Both the position numbers and the translations under genes were made by a program. DNA of 64,000 nt from an uncultured Candidatus Rokubacteria bacterium (GTDB lineage: Bacteria > Methylomirabilota > Methylomirabilia > Rokubacteriales > CSP1-6), in the NCBI GenBank assembly GCA_963762145.1, contig CAVXJS010000021.1:416001-480000 (forward strand). The letters are read 5' to 3'. Each line of letters starts with the position of its first letter. Positions within the stretch are counted from its first letter, which is position 1. Below the pieces are notes generated by a model. That model was not told the origin of the DNA, did not search any database, and saw nothing but the letters and a program-made list of their open reading frames with translations. Of this stretch, positions 11,670 to 24,600 are shown one piece after another.

Positions 11670-12329
11670 TCAGGCCTTTCGCTCTTCTCCTTGGCTTGGT
11701 CCCTTTCCCTCGTAACTCCCAATGCGCCCCATGTACTGGTTCCACATGACTTGGTACACGGACTGCCCATCCCTGTTAACGCCAACGGTCTCCTGGAGCA
11801 TGATCGCGTACTCAGGGTTGTCGCTCTTGACTCGGGTGCGACGAGCAACGCCTCGTAGTTCGGCCAAGGTTCACCAATCAACCCCCAAGCCGCAGCCTGA
11901 GTGCGCACCGCCACGATAGCCTCGTCAAGTTCCGCCAACTCCAACGCCCTGTTCGTAGTCGTGTGCGATCCTGTCCCGCCGCTTGCGGATTTTGTGCAGT
12001 GCCTCAGGATCCAGCACCTTGCTCTGGTCGGCGAGAAACGAGATGCGACCATTCAGGGAGTGACATTTCTTCGACTGACTCTTCGTCATCTGAGTCTCGC
12101 AGCCGTGGTCGAGGAGGGTGGCTAGCTCGACAGAGAGTAGGCTCCCGACGATGCGGCGAAGTGGAGGGAACCAGGTCGCCAGATTTCCGTGTACGAATCC
12201 TAGTTCCCACGTCATCGTAATCGTCTTGCGGACCATGAACGCGTGCGATGCCTCACGGAACGTGATGGCCAGCGCGGTAGTCTTGAGCACCGTCAGGTTC
12301 CCTTGCGCTTGGAGCGCCTTGTCCGGCAC
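11670..12329 (-). CDS. Hypothetical protein with a HEPN-like R-x4-H motif (frameshifted, lower GC)
   Basis: ORFs 11925..12329, part of 11498..12052 and 11670..11867 can be stitched together; contains LHKIRKRRDRIAHD. Confidence 0.5.
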
Positions 12330-12479
12330 TCGACGAGTCTTAACATAGCGGCGTAACCAGTCTGGATGCTTGGTGACTCCTGGCTACGTGACGCTCGCCA
12401 TGGTTCTCCGGTAGAGCGGCATCCAGCTGGCATCTAAACCGTGTTTGGGCTCTGCGGGTTGTCCTTGCTCCGGGATGCA

Positions 12480-13589
<1,110 letters not shown>

Positions 13590-13592
13590 CGC

Positions 13593-14409
13593 CTAGCCCG
13601 CCGTCCGAAGGCCGCTCAGCAGGTAGCGCTGCAGGAAGAACACGAGCAGGAACGTGGGCACCGAGACCAGCACCGCGGCGGCCATCACCATGCCCCAGTG
13701 CACGCCGGTCTGCTCCACGAAGGTGGCGAGCCCGACGGGCAGCGTGAACATCTTGCGGTCCGTCTGCAGGATGAACGCGAACGTGAAGTCGTTCCAGGAG
13801 AGCGCGAAGGAGAAGATGGCCACCGACAGGATGCCGGGCCGGGCCGAGGGCAGGCACACCTGGCGCAGGGCGGCCAGGCGGCTCGCGCCGGATGTCCACG
13901 CGGCCTCCTCCAGCGACTGGGGCACGATCTGGAAGTACTGCCACATGAGCCAGATGTTGAGCGGCAGGCTGATGGCCATGTGGGCCAGGATCAGGCCGGT
14001 GTAGGTGTTCCGCATCTGCAATGCTGAGAACAGGATGTAGAGCGGGATGGCCATCAGCATGGGCGGGAACATGTAGGAGAAGAGCGTGCCGAAGGCGAAG
14101 GTCTTCTTGCCCGGGAAGGCGAAGCGGGTGAGGCCGTAGCCGGCCAGGGTGGCCGCGATCACGTTCAGCACGATGGCGCCCACCGCCGCGATCAGGCTGT
14201 TGACGAAGTAGCGCGCGAACTCGGTGGCGAAGAGCAGCTCGCGGTAGTTGCTCAGCGAGAAGTCCAGGCGGAAGAGCCGGAAGGGCGGCTTGAAGAGCGC
14301 CTCGCGCGGGGTGAACGAGGTCAGCACCATCCAGTAGAACGGGAAGGCCACCGCCACCAGCACCACCAGCAGCAGGGCGAACGGCCCGTAAGACCTGGAG
14401 CCGGCTCAC
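13593..14409 (-). CDS. Carbohydrate ABC transporter permease (MalG/UgpE type)
   Basis: EAA loop VPQSLEEAAWTSGAS; SWNDFTFA. Confidence 0.88.
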
Positions 14410-15301
14410 CGCCCCACCTCGATCTCCTTCGTGGGGTCGAACAGCTTGAAGTAGACCACCGCGCCCACCAGCAGCACGACGAACATCACGGTGCAGGCCG
14501 CCGCGGCCAGGCCGAAATCGAACTCCTCGAAGGCCAGGCGGTAGGCGTAGAGCGGCAGCGTCTCGGTATGCTTCAGCGGGCCGCCGTGAGTCACCAGCCA
14601 GATCGAGTCGAACTTGTTGAACATCCAGATGCCGCGGAGCAGCGCGATCACGATCAGCGTGGTGCGCAGGTTGGGCAGCGTCACGTCCCAGAAGGCGCGC
14701 AGCGTGCCCGCGCCGGAGACGGCGGCGGCCTCGTAGAGCTTGGGGTTGATGGCCTGCAGGCGCGCCAGGATCAGCAGCGTGGCGAAGGAGCCGTACTGCC
14801 AGCCCGCCATGCCGATGACCGACCACATCGCGGTGGCCAGGCCGCCGAAGAAGTTGATGGGGCGGGCCACCGCGCCCGGTCTGCATCAGCACCTGGTTGA
14901 TGACGCCGTACTCCTGCGAGAGGAGCCACTGGAAGATCAGGGCGACCACGATGGACGGCAGGAGGTACGGGAGGACGAAGAGGCTGCGGACGAAGGTGAG
15001 GCCGCGGAAGGCGCGGTTGAGCAGCAAGCGCGGAGACCAGGCCCCAGACGAGCTGGAGGCCGACGGCGCCGAGGGTGAAAACGACGGAGCGCCAGAAGGC
15101 GTTCCAGAGCTCGGGCTCTTCGAGGATGTAGCGGTAGTTGGCGAGGCCGACCCACTTCGTGGTGGGGTTGAAGGCGGTCTTCTTGAAGAAGCTGAGCATG
15201 ACCGCGTACGCGATGGGGAGGTACGCGATCACCAGGAGGAAGATCAGGGCGGGGGCGGTGGTGCCGAAGATCCAGGCGCGCCGCTCGGTGGTGGCGCTCA
15301 T
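14406..15301 (-). CDS. Carbohydrate ABC transporter permease (MalF/UgpA type; frameshifted)
   Basis: WVGLANY; LQAINPKLYEAAAVSGA; THGGP..TETLPLYAY. Confidence 0.85.
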
Positions 15302-15320
15302 GCCGGCGGCCCCTCCCCTC

Positions 15321-15370
15321 CCCCTCACCCTGCCCTCTCCCCCGGAGGGGGAGAGGGTGGAGGAGGGGGG
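15321..15370. repeat. REP-like palindrome, family A
   Basis: CCCCTCACCCTG-CCCTCTCCCCC-GGA-GGGGGAGAGGG hairpin plus a degenerate right tail. Confidence 0.85.
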
Positions 15371-15472
15371 CAACCAGCATCTCAAGATTCACCGTGCTTT
15401 CGCTTACCTCCCGTGCCCCGGCCGGGGCAGAACGCAGCGTCGCACTCTACCACGTCCGTGGGCAGTCGGGCC

Positions 15473-18149
<2,677 letters not shown>

Positions 18150-18217
18150 GGCATTCCGCGGCCACCCTGCCGTCCGCCGCCCGTGCGGCGCCGTCGGGCG
18201 CCAGCTCCTTGCGCGAA

Positions 18218-18246
18218 ATGGTGCGCTCGGAACCCGGCCGGGTCAA
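18218..18246 (-). promoter_or_regulatory. Putative sigma70 promoter for fur-katG
   Basis: TTGACC-N17-CACCAT on the minus strand. Confidence 0.45.
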
Positions 18247-18287
18247 GGGCGGCGGTGGCCAGACCTCTTGCGCCGCGGTATTCGTGC

Positions 18288-18360
18288 CCCCTCACCCTGC
18301 CCTCTCCCCCTCACGGGGGAGAGGGAGACAAGTCCAACCCTCTCCCCGTTGGGGAGAGGG
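18288..18360. repeat. REP-like palindrome doublet, family A
   Basis: CCCCTCACCCTG-CCCTCTCCCCC..GGGGGAGAGGG, spacer, CCCTCTCCCC-GTT-GGGGAGAGGG. Confidence 0.88.
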
Positions 18361-18361
18361 T

Positions 18362-19681
18362 TCAGCTGACCCGCTTCATCTTCTTGCGGACCTGGGCGGC
18401 GGCCTCGTCCACCACCTGCTCCGACTTCATGCCCTTGATGTTGCGCATCGCGAGCATCCAGCCGGCGAGATTCTCGTTGTGGAAGAGGCCGATGTAGGGA
18501 TTCAGCTCCTTGCCGTCCCAGTAGTAGAGCGGCACGCCCTTGGTCCAGATGGAGTCGAGGAACTTCAGCACGTCCATCCGCTTCTGGATCACCGGGTTGT
18601 CCTGGTACTTGGCCGAGTTCAGCATCTGCCGGCTGGCCGGGATGATGTGCAGCGGCACCGCGTGGTACCAGGCGATGAGGTCCGGGTGCTTGAGGAAGAA
18701 GGTGACGTACTTCTTGGCCCCATCCACGTTGGACTTCTCCAGGATGTGGAAGCCCTGGACGGACAGGTAGTAGTGATCGGTCAGCTTCCTCGGCAGCTCG
18801 AACGGCACGGTGGCGTCGGCGATCTTGGGGTTGTTGGCGATGGTCTGGTCGAGCAGGCGCGAGCCCACGTACCAGGACGAGGCGGCCTTCTCGGTGAAGT
18901 AGGTCGACATCAGCTCGCCCCAGTTGAAGGTGCTGGCCTCGGGCGAGAACTTGTGCAGCTCGTTCAGGTAGTCGAGCGTCTCGACGGCGCGCTTCTTCTG
19001 GTCGCCCTTGTCCAGCACGACCTCGTAGTCCTTCTTGGCCGCGTCCCACCCGAACCAGTGGACGTTGTTCTTCATGAACATCGTCTCGAGCAGGAGGGTG
19101 GAGGCGCCCGTCTCCGCGGAGGGCACGATGCAGCCGTACATGTTCGGCGGATCGTTGAGCGCCTTGGCCGCCTTGAGGTAGTCGTCCCAGCTCTTGGGCG
19201 CGCCCAGCTTCTTGGCGTCGTAGAGATCCTTGCGATACCAGCCGTAGGTGAACTGCTGGCTGGTCGGAATCGACCGGTCCGCGCCCTTGTAGATGAGGCG
19301 CTGGTTCTCCGCCGCCCCGCCGGTGGCCTTCAGCACGTCGCCCACGTCGGCCAGCTGGTTCTCCAGCGCCAGGTTCATGGCCTGGCCGGCGCCGTACCAG
19401 ACGATCTCGGGCGGGGTGCCGGCGGCGATCAGTGTGGCCACGCGCTTGGCGATGTTGGCGAAGCCCGGGGTCTCGACCACCACCTCGATCCCGGTCTCCT
19501 TCTTGAAGTCGGCGTTGATCTTCTCGTAGACCGCGATGGCCTTCGGGTTCGACTCCTCGGATACGAAGACCACCTTGTTCTTGTCCTGGCCGCGGGCCGT
19601 CTTCACCATGATCTGCGGGGCCACCGCGGCCGCGCCCGCAACGGCGGCGCCCTTCACGAACGTCCGGCGATCGATGAACAT
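18362..19681 (-). CDS. Carbohydrate-type ABC transporter substrate-binding protein (Tat signal)
   Basis: MFIDRRTFVKGAAVAG leader; WYRKDLY..APKSWDDYLKAAKAL. Confidence 0.88.
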   Translation of the reverse strand: MFIDRRTFVKGAAVAGAAAVAPQIMVKTARGQDKNKVVFVSEESNPKAIAVYEKINADFKKETGIEVVVETPGFANIAKRVATLIAAGTPPEIVWYGAGQAMNLALENQLADVGDVLKATGGAAENQRLIYKGADRSIPTSQQFTYGWYRKDLYDAKKLGAPKSWDDYLKAAKALNDPPNMYGCIVPSAETGASTLLLETMFMKNNVHWFGWDAAKKDYEVVLDKGDQKKRAVETLDYLNELHKFSPEASTFNWGELMSTYFTEKAASSWYVGSRLLDQTIANNPKIADATVPFELPRKLTDHYYLSVQGFHILEKSNVDGAKKYVTFFLKHPDLIAWYHAVPLHIIPASRQMLNSAKYQDNPVIQKRMDVLKFLDSIWTKGVPLYYWDGKELNPYIGLFHNENLAGWMLAMRNIKGMKSEQVVDEAAAQVRKKMKRVS

Positions 19682-19683
19682 GT

Positions 19684-21282
19684 TCAGCCTCCTCGGTTGG
19701 GGTCTGGGGTTGCCAGCGCGCGCGCTTTCAACGCCGCGCGATCGATCTTGTTGGTTCCGGCCAGCGGCAGCTCGGGGACGAGGAATACGCGCCGGGGATG
19801 CTGGTACGCCGGGCCGTGGGCCAGCGCCCAGTCCTTCACGGCCTGCTCGCCGAGGCCCGAGCCGGGTCGCGCGACCACGAAGGCCACCGGCACCTGGCCC
19901 TTCAGCTCGTGATCCACCGGCAGTACCGCGGCCTGCAGGATGTCGGGGTGTCGCTCCAGCGTGCCCTCGACGTCGCCCGGATAGACGTTCTCGCCGCCGC
20001 AGACGAACATGTCGTCGGTGCGGCCGACGAAGTAATAGAAGCCGTCGGCGTCGCGGCGACAGACGTCGCTCGTGTCGAACCAGCCGTCCTTCAGGCGCCG
20101 CGCCGTCTCCTCGGGCAGGTTGTGGTAGGCCGCCATCACGCCCGGGTTGCGCGTGAGCAGCACGCCCTCGTCGGGGCCCGGGTCGAGGCGAATCTCGCAG
20201 CCGTCCAGCGGGTAGCCGATGGAGGTGGCCGGGCGCGGCTTGCCTTCCGGGTGATTGGTGAACATCACCGGGCCCGCCTCGGTCACGCCGTAGCCGTTGC
20301 TGGCCGCCGCGTTCGGGAACGCGCGGTGGAGCGCCTCGAAGAGCGCGGGCGAGGCGGGCGCGGAGCCCACGCCGATGAAGCGCACGCTGCTCTTGTCGGT
20401 CTTCGCGAGCGCCGGGTCGTTCAGGATCAGGTGGAACATGGTCGGGACGCCCGAGAGGCGCGTGACCTTGTAGCGGCCGATGGACTCCACGTAGAGGCGC
20501 TGGTCGAAGCGGGCCAGCAGCACGATCGAGGCGCCCGCGCCCATGCCGACCTTGGTCCACACCAGCGCGTTCTTGTGGTAGAGCGGGGCGGCGACGAGGA
20601 TGCGATCGTCTTGCGTCATGCGCCGGGCCTTCACCAGCGCGTCGATCTGCCAGGCCTGACCGGCGTGGGTCAGCAGCACGCCCTTCGGGCGGCCGGTGGA
20701 GCCGGAGGTGTAGGGCTGCAGGCAGATGTCGTTGGGCGCGGGCTCGACGGTCGCGAACGGGCCAGGCTTCAGGAAGTCGGCGTAGTCGGCGTCGAAGTCG
20801 ACCGTGGGGACGTCTGGCGCCACCTTTCTGTGCGCGGCGTCCACGAACAGTAGGGACAGGTTGGCGTCCTTCGCGATGAACGCGAGGGATTCGGCGGGGA
20901 GCTTGATGTTCAGCGGGACCGGGATCGCGCCGGCGCGCATCGTGCCGTAGAGCGCGGCGATGTACTCCGTGCGGTTGAGGGCGAGGATGCCTACGCGGTC
21001 ACCGCGGGTGAGGCCGCGGGCGGTGAGGCCGGCGGCTACTGCGTCGCAGGCCGCGTCTAGCTTGGCGTAGGTGATCTCGCGGGGGGTGTCGGGTTTGGAG
21101 AGATCGATGATTGCGGTTCTTGTGGACCACCCCTCACCCTGCCCTCTCCCCTGAGGGGAGAGGGTTCTGGTGGTCCCTGTCCCCTCAGAGGAGAGGGTTC
21201 TGGAGGTGGTGGTCCCTCTCCCCTCTGGGGAGAGGGTAGGGTGAGGGGCCGGGCCCACCAGCGAGCCGACGTTCACCGTCAC
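19684..21282 (-). CDS. Class I adenylate-forming enzyme (acyl-CoA ligase) with an in-frame REP-derived N-terminal insertion
   Basis: YTSGSTGRPKG, GYGVTE, GRTDDMF..GGENVYP, GTNKIDR; GTG start overlaps the upstream stop (GTGA). Confidence 0.88.
   Translation of the reverse strand: MTVNVGSLVGPAPHPTLSPEGRGTTTSRTLSSEGTGTTRTLSPQGRGQGEGWSTRTAIIDLSKPDTPREITYAKLDAACDAVAAGLTARGLTRGDRVGILALNRTEYIAALYGTMRAGAIPVPLNIKLPAESLAFIAKDANLSLLFVDAAHRKVAPDVPTVDFDADYADFLKPGPFATVEPAPNDICLQPYTSGSTGRPKGVLLTHAGQAWQIDALVKARRMTQDDRILVAAPLYHKNALVWTKVGMGAGASIVLLARFDQRLYVESIGRYKVTRLSGVPTMFHLILNDPALAKTDKSSVRFIGVGSAPASPALFEALHRAFPNAAASNGYGVTEAGPVMFTNHPEGKPRPATSIGYPLDGCEIRLDPGPDEGVLLTRNPGVMAAYHNLPEETARRLKDGWFDTSDVCRRDADGFYYFVGRTDDMFVCGGENVYPGDVEGTLERHPDILQAAVLPVDHELKGQVPVAFVVARPGSGLGEQAVKDWALAHGPAYQHPRRVFLVPELPLAGTNKIDRAALKARALATPDPNRGG
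21130..21248. repeat. REP-like palindrome triplet, family A, inside a CDS
   Basis: Three CCCTCTCCCC..GGGGAGAGGG-type hairpins flanked by CCCCTCACCCT / AGGGTGAGGGG tails. Confidence 0.9.
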
Positions 21283-22262
21283 GGGGTGACGATCACCTTG
21301 CCGAAGACTTCGCGGTCCTGGAGGATGCGCATGGCTTCGGCGGATTCGGCGAGCGGGAGGACGCGGTCGATGATGGGCTTGATGCTGCCGCGCTCGACCT
21401 CGCGCAAGAGGGCTTCGAGGTCGCTGCGCATCCAGCCGTTGGCGCCGATGATGTTGACCTCGCGCCGCCAGATGTAGCGGATGTCGGTCTTGGGGTCGAA
21501 GCCCGCGGTGGCGCCGCAGGTGAGCAGGCGGCCGTGCTTGGCCAGCGTGCGGAGGCTCGGCACCCAGGTGTCGCCGCCCGTGTAGTTCACGAGCACGTCC
21601 ACGCCCTGCTTGCCGGAGATCTCCCACGCCCGCTTGGAGAAGTCTTCCTTCGTGTAGTCGATGACGTGGTCCGCGCCCAGCTCCTTCAGGCGCTTGAGCT
21701 TCTCGGGCGACGACGCGCAGGCGATGACGCGGGCCTTGAGGTTCTTGGCGATCTGCACGCAGCCGGTGCCCACGCCGCCGCTGGCGCCCAGGATCAGCAC
21801 CAGCTCGCCGGCCTTGAGCTGACCGCGCGTGATCATCATGCGATAGGCGGTGCCGTAGGCGATGGGCAGCGAGGCGGCCTGCTCGAAGGTGACCGCGTCG
21901 GGCATGTGGATCAGGTTCTCGGCCTCGATCGCGATGCGCTCGCAGAGCCCGCCGTTGGCGTGCTCGCCCAGGGCGCCACCCGGCTTGATGTGCGGGTCGA
22001 TCAGCACGCGCCGGCCGACCCACTCGCGTCCGACGCCCGCGCCCACGGAGTGGACGACGCCCGCGATATCACCGCCCGGAATTCGCGGCATGGCCACCGG
22101 CAGGCCGGGCATGCCCTGGAGCACGAAGATGTCGAGGTAGTTGAGGCCGCAGGCCTTGACGCTGACCACTGCCTGGCCGGGTCCGGCGGTGGGCTCTGGC
22201 CAGTCCGTGTGCAGCTTGAGCTGGTCGAGCCCGCCGTGGGCCTGGACCGCGATCGCGCGCAT
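21279..22262 (-). CDS. MDR-family (quinone oxidoreductase-like) dehydrogenase
   Basis: ACGLNYLD, PRIPGGDIAG, LILGASGGVG, FGKVIVTP. Confidence 0.9.
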   Translation of the reverse strand: MRAIAVQAHGGLDQLKLHTDWPEPTAGPGQAVVSVKACGLNYLDIFVLQGMPGLPVAMPRIPGGDIAGVVHSVGAGVGREWVGRRVLIDPHIKPGGALGEHANGGLCERIAIEAENLIHMPDAVTFEQAASLPIAYGTAYRMMITRGQLKAGELVLILGASGGVGTGCVQIAKNLKARVIACASSPEKLKRLKELGADHVIDYTKEDFSKRAWEISGKQGVDVLVNYTGGDTWVPSLRTLAKHGRLLTCGATAGFDPKTDIRYIWRREVNIIGANGWMRSDLEALLREVERGSIKPIIDRVLPLAESAEAMRILQDREVFGKVIVTP

Positions 22263-22334
22263 TCCTACCGGTCGCCCCGAGTCATGGCCCTTGATGATGT
22301 ACCACTCCCGGCCGAAAAACCAGAACCCGGGACG

Positions 22335-23594
22335 TCAGGTCTTCCGGCCGAGCGCGTCCGCTGCGGCCGAGGGCCGGGCCGCGGGCCGGGCCGCGAACCA
22401 CGCTGCGACGGCCGAGCCGGCGACCGCGACACAGGCGGCCAGGAACGCCAGCCGGTAGCTGTTCGTGACGTCGAAGAGCCAGCCGGCGAGGAAGGGCCCG
22501 ATGGCGCCGCCTAGCCCTCCTCCCGCCTGGACCACCCCCAGGATCGCGCCCAGGTGCGGGCCGCCGAAGACGTCGGCGGGAATCGTGGAGAGCTGGGCGA
22601 TCCGCATGCCGAAACCGAATCCGGACAGCGCGTAGAAGAGGAGGAGGATGCGGTCCTCGGGACCCCCGATTGCGGCGAAGCACAGGATCCCGAGGATCGC
22701 GATGGCCGTGCCGGCCACGAAGACCCGCCCGCGCCCGGCCCGATCGGAGAGCCAGCCGCCGGCGACGTTGCCCGCCATCATGCACCCGGCGGCGAAGGCG
22801 AAGAACCAGACCGCGGTGTCCCGCGGCAAGCCCTGGTCTACCGCGTGGGCCACCTGGTGCGTGGCCATGATCTGGAAGCCGATGACCCCGAGCGCGGTCA
22901 TGGTGAAGGCAGACCAGAGCCGGACGCTCCGCAGCGCGCGCCGGAGCGTCCACACTTCGCTCGTGGCCCGAGCGCCCGCGGAGGGCGTGAAGGCGGCGCC
23001 GCCGGCCGGGCGTTGCGTGGGCGGCGGCTCGCGATAGAGCAGCGTGAGCAGGACGGTCGCGGCCGTGATGATGCCCCCGAAGACGACCAGCGCCGTGCGC
23101 CAGCCCAGCATCGCGATGAGCCACGCGATCAGCGGGTAGAAAGCCACCGCGCTGCCCGGTCCACCGGCGCTCAGCACCCCCATCGCCGTCCCGCGCGACC
23201 GGACGAACCATCGCGTGACGATCGTCGTCGACGGAATGAGCATCCCGGCGATGCCCGCGGCGCCGAGAACGCCGAAGCACAGGTAGTACTGCGCCAGGGA
23301 CGTCACCTGGCCGGTGAGCGCGAGGGCCACACCGAGGACCGCGCCGCCGGCGGCCACGACCGTCCGCGTGCCCCAGCGGTCGGAGAGCCAGCCGGCGATC
23401 GGCGCGAAGAGAACGAAGCCGAGCCAGCTCAGCGAATATCCGAGCGCGGTCGGGCCGCGACCCCACGCGAACTCCTCGAGCATCGCGACGTAGAAGAGCG
23501 CGAACGTGGATCGCACCGCCCACGCGAGCGCGTTGATGGCGGTCGACACCGCGACCACCGTCCAGCGGGAGCGCGCGTCGTGATCGAGGCTCAC
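22335..23594 (-). CDS. MFS transporter (OFA/MCT-like)
   Basis: Multi-TM pattern; GWLSDRWGTR; TRWFVRSRGTAMG. Confidence 0.88.
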   Translation of the reverse strand: MSLDHDARSRWTVVAVSTAINALAWAVRSTFALFYVAMLEEFAWGRGPTALGYSLSWLGFVLFAPIAGWLSDRWGTRTVVAAGGAVLGVALALTGQVTSLAQYYLCFGVLGAAGIAGMLIPSTTIVTRWFVRSRGTAMGVLSAGGPGSAVAFYPLIAWLIAMLGWRTALVVFGGIITAATVLLTLLYREPPPTQRPAGGAAFTPSAGARATSEVWTLRRALRSVRLWSAFTMTALGVIGFQIMATHQVAHAVDQGLPRDTAVWFFAFAAGCMMAGNVAGGWLSDRAGRGRVFVAGTAIAILGILCFAAIGGPEDRILLLFYALSGFGFGMRIAQLSTIPADVFGGPHLGAILGVVQAGGGLGGAIGPFLAGWLFDVTNSYRLAFLAACVAVAGSAVAAWFAARPAARPSAAADALGRKT

Positions 23595-23680
23595 GTGGCG
23601 ATACTCGCCCGGGGACAGGCCGGCGTCTGGCGGTTTCCGGACGTCGTCACTGCCGGGCCCCGCGGGGCGCGTGGGGACTA

Positions 23681-24184
23681 CTACTTGGCGTCGCGCTTCG
23701 GCCGGAGCTCGAAGCGGAAGTCGCAGTGCGAGGCGCCTTCCATCACGGTCTGCGTGCGCGTCAGCTTCACCGCGGGGTTGAAGCCCTCCACCAGCGAGAA
23801 GTCGCGGTTGCACGAGAGCAGCGCGCCCACCTCGGGGATGCCGAGCGCGCGGTACATCTCGGCGTAGCGGCAGCGCGTGACGTTGAACGAGAGCTTCTCC
23901 TCGGTCTGCTCGAGCACGTCCATGCGATAGGCGTCGCCCTTCTTCCAGTCTTCCAGCGCGGTGGCGAAGTGGGTGAGGCTGTCGCCGCCCATGCGTCCCG
24001 CCAGCTCCTTGCCCTGCGCGCGCGCCACGTCGATGATGACGTTGCGCGCGGTGGCGAAGACCTGCTCGCGGCCGAACTGGGCGCCGAGCGCCTCCAGCAC
24101 CGGCATCAGCACGCGCGCCTCGATCTCGCGGCGCTTGAGGACGCCGATCTCGTTCAGGTTATCGGGGGGCATCGGGGTGCTCAT
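23681..24184 (-). CDS. L-2-amino-thiazoline-4-carboxylic acid hydrolase-like protein
   Basis: RREIEAR..FNVTRCRYAEMY..LSCNRD..LTRTQTVMEGASHCDFRF. Confidence 0.85.
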   Translation of the reverse strand: MSTPMPPDNLNEIGVLKRREIEARVLMPVLEALGAQFGREQVFATARNVIIDVARAQGKELAGRMGGDSLTHFATALEDWKKGDAYRMDVLEQTEEKLSFNVTRCRYAEMYRALGIPEVGALLSCNRDFSLVEGFNPAVKLTRTQTVMEGASHCDFRFELRPKRDAK

Positions 24185-24600
24185 GGTCCCTCCTTGGCGG
24201 GTCGCGGCGAAGCGTAGCACGCGCGGCCCACCGCGACCAGCGTGCCCGAGGAGTCGCGGATCTCCACGTCGGCCACGGAGATCGTCTTGCCCACGCGCAC
24301 CGTCTTGCCGACCGCGGTCAGGTCGCCCTTCCGGGCCGGCCGCAGGTAGTCCACGCGCATGTCGATGGTGGGCACGCCGGGCGCCGTCTCGGTCATCACC
24401 GCGTAGTCGCCCGCGATGTCGGCCAGCGCGCTGACCACGCCGCCGTGCAGCCAGTCGGAGCCGTCCACGCGGATGAACTCATCCCGGTACGGCAGGCGGA
24501 TCTCGACGCGGCCCTTCTCGGCCGTGACGATCTCGAGGCCGAGGAAGCGCATGAACGGCGAGTGGCTGAAACCGAGCTGCGACAGGTCGGTCCCGCTCAC
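24181..24600 (-). CDS. PaaI-family thioesterase
   Basis: LHGGVVSALADIAG; TIDMRVDYLRPA. Confidence 0.88.
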   Translation of the reverse strand: MSGTDLSQLGFSHSPFMRFLGLEIVTAEKGRVEIRLPYRDEFIRVDGSDWLHGGVVSALADIAGDYAVMTETAPGVPTIDMRVDYLRPARKGDLTAVGKTVRVGKTISVADVEIRDSSGTLVAVGRACYASPRPAKEGP

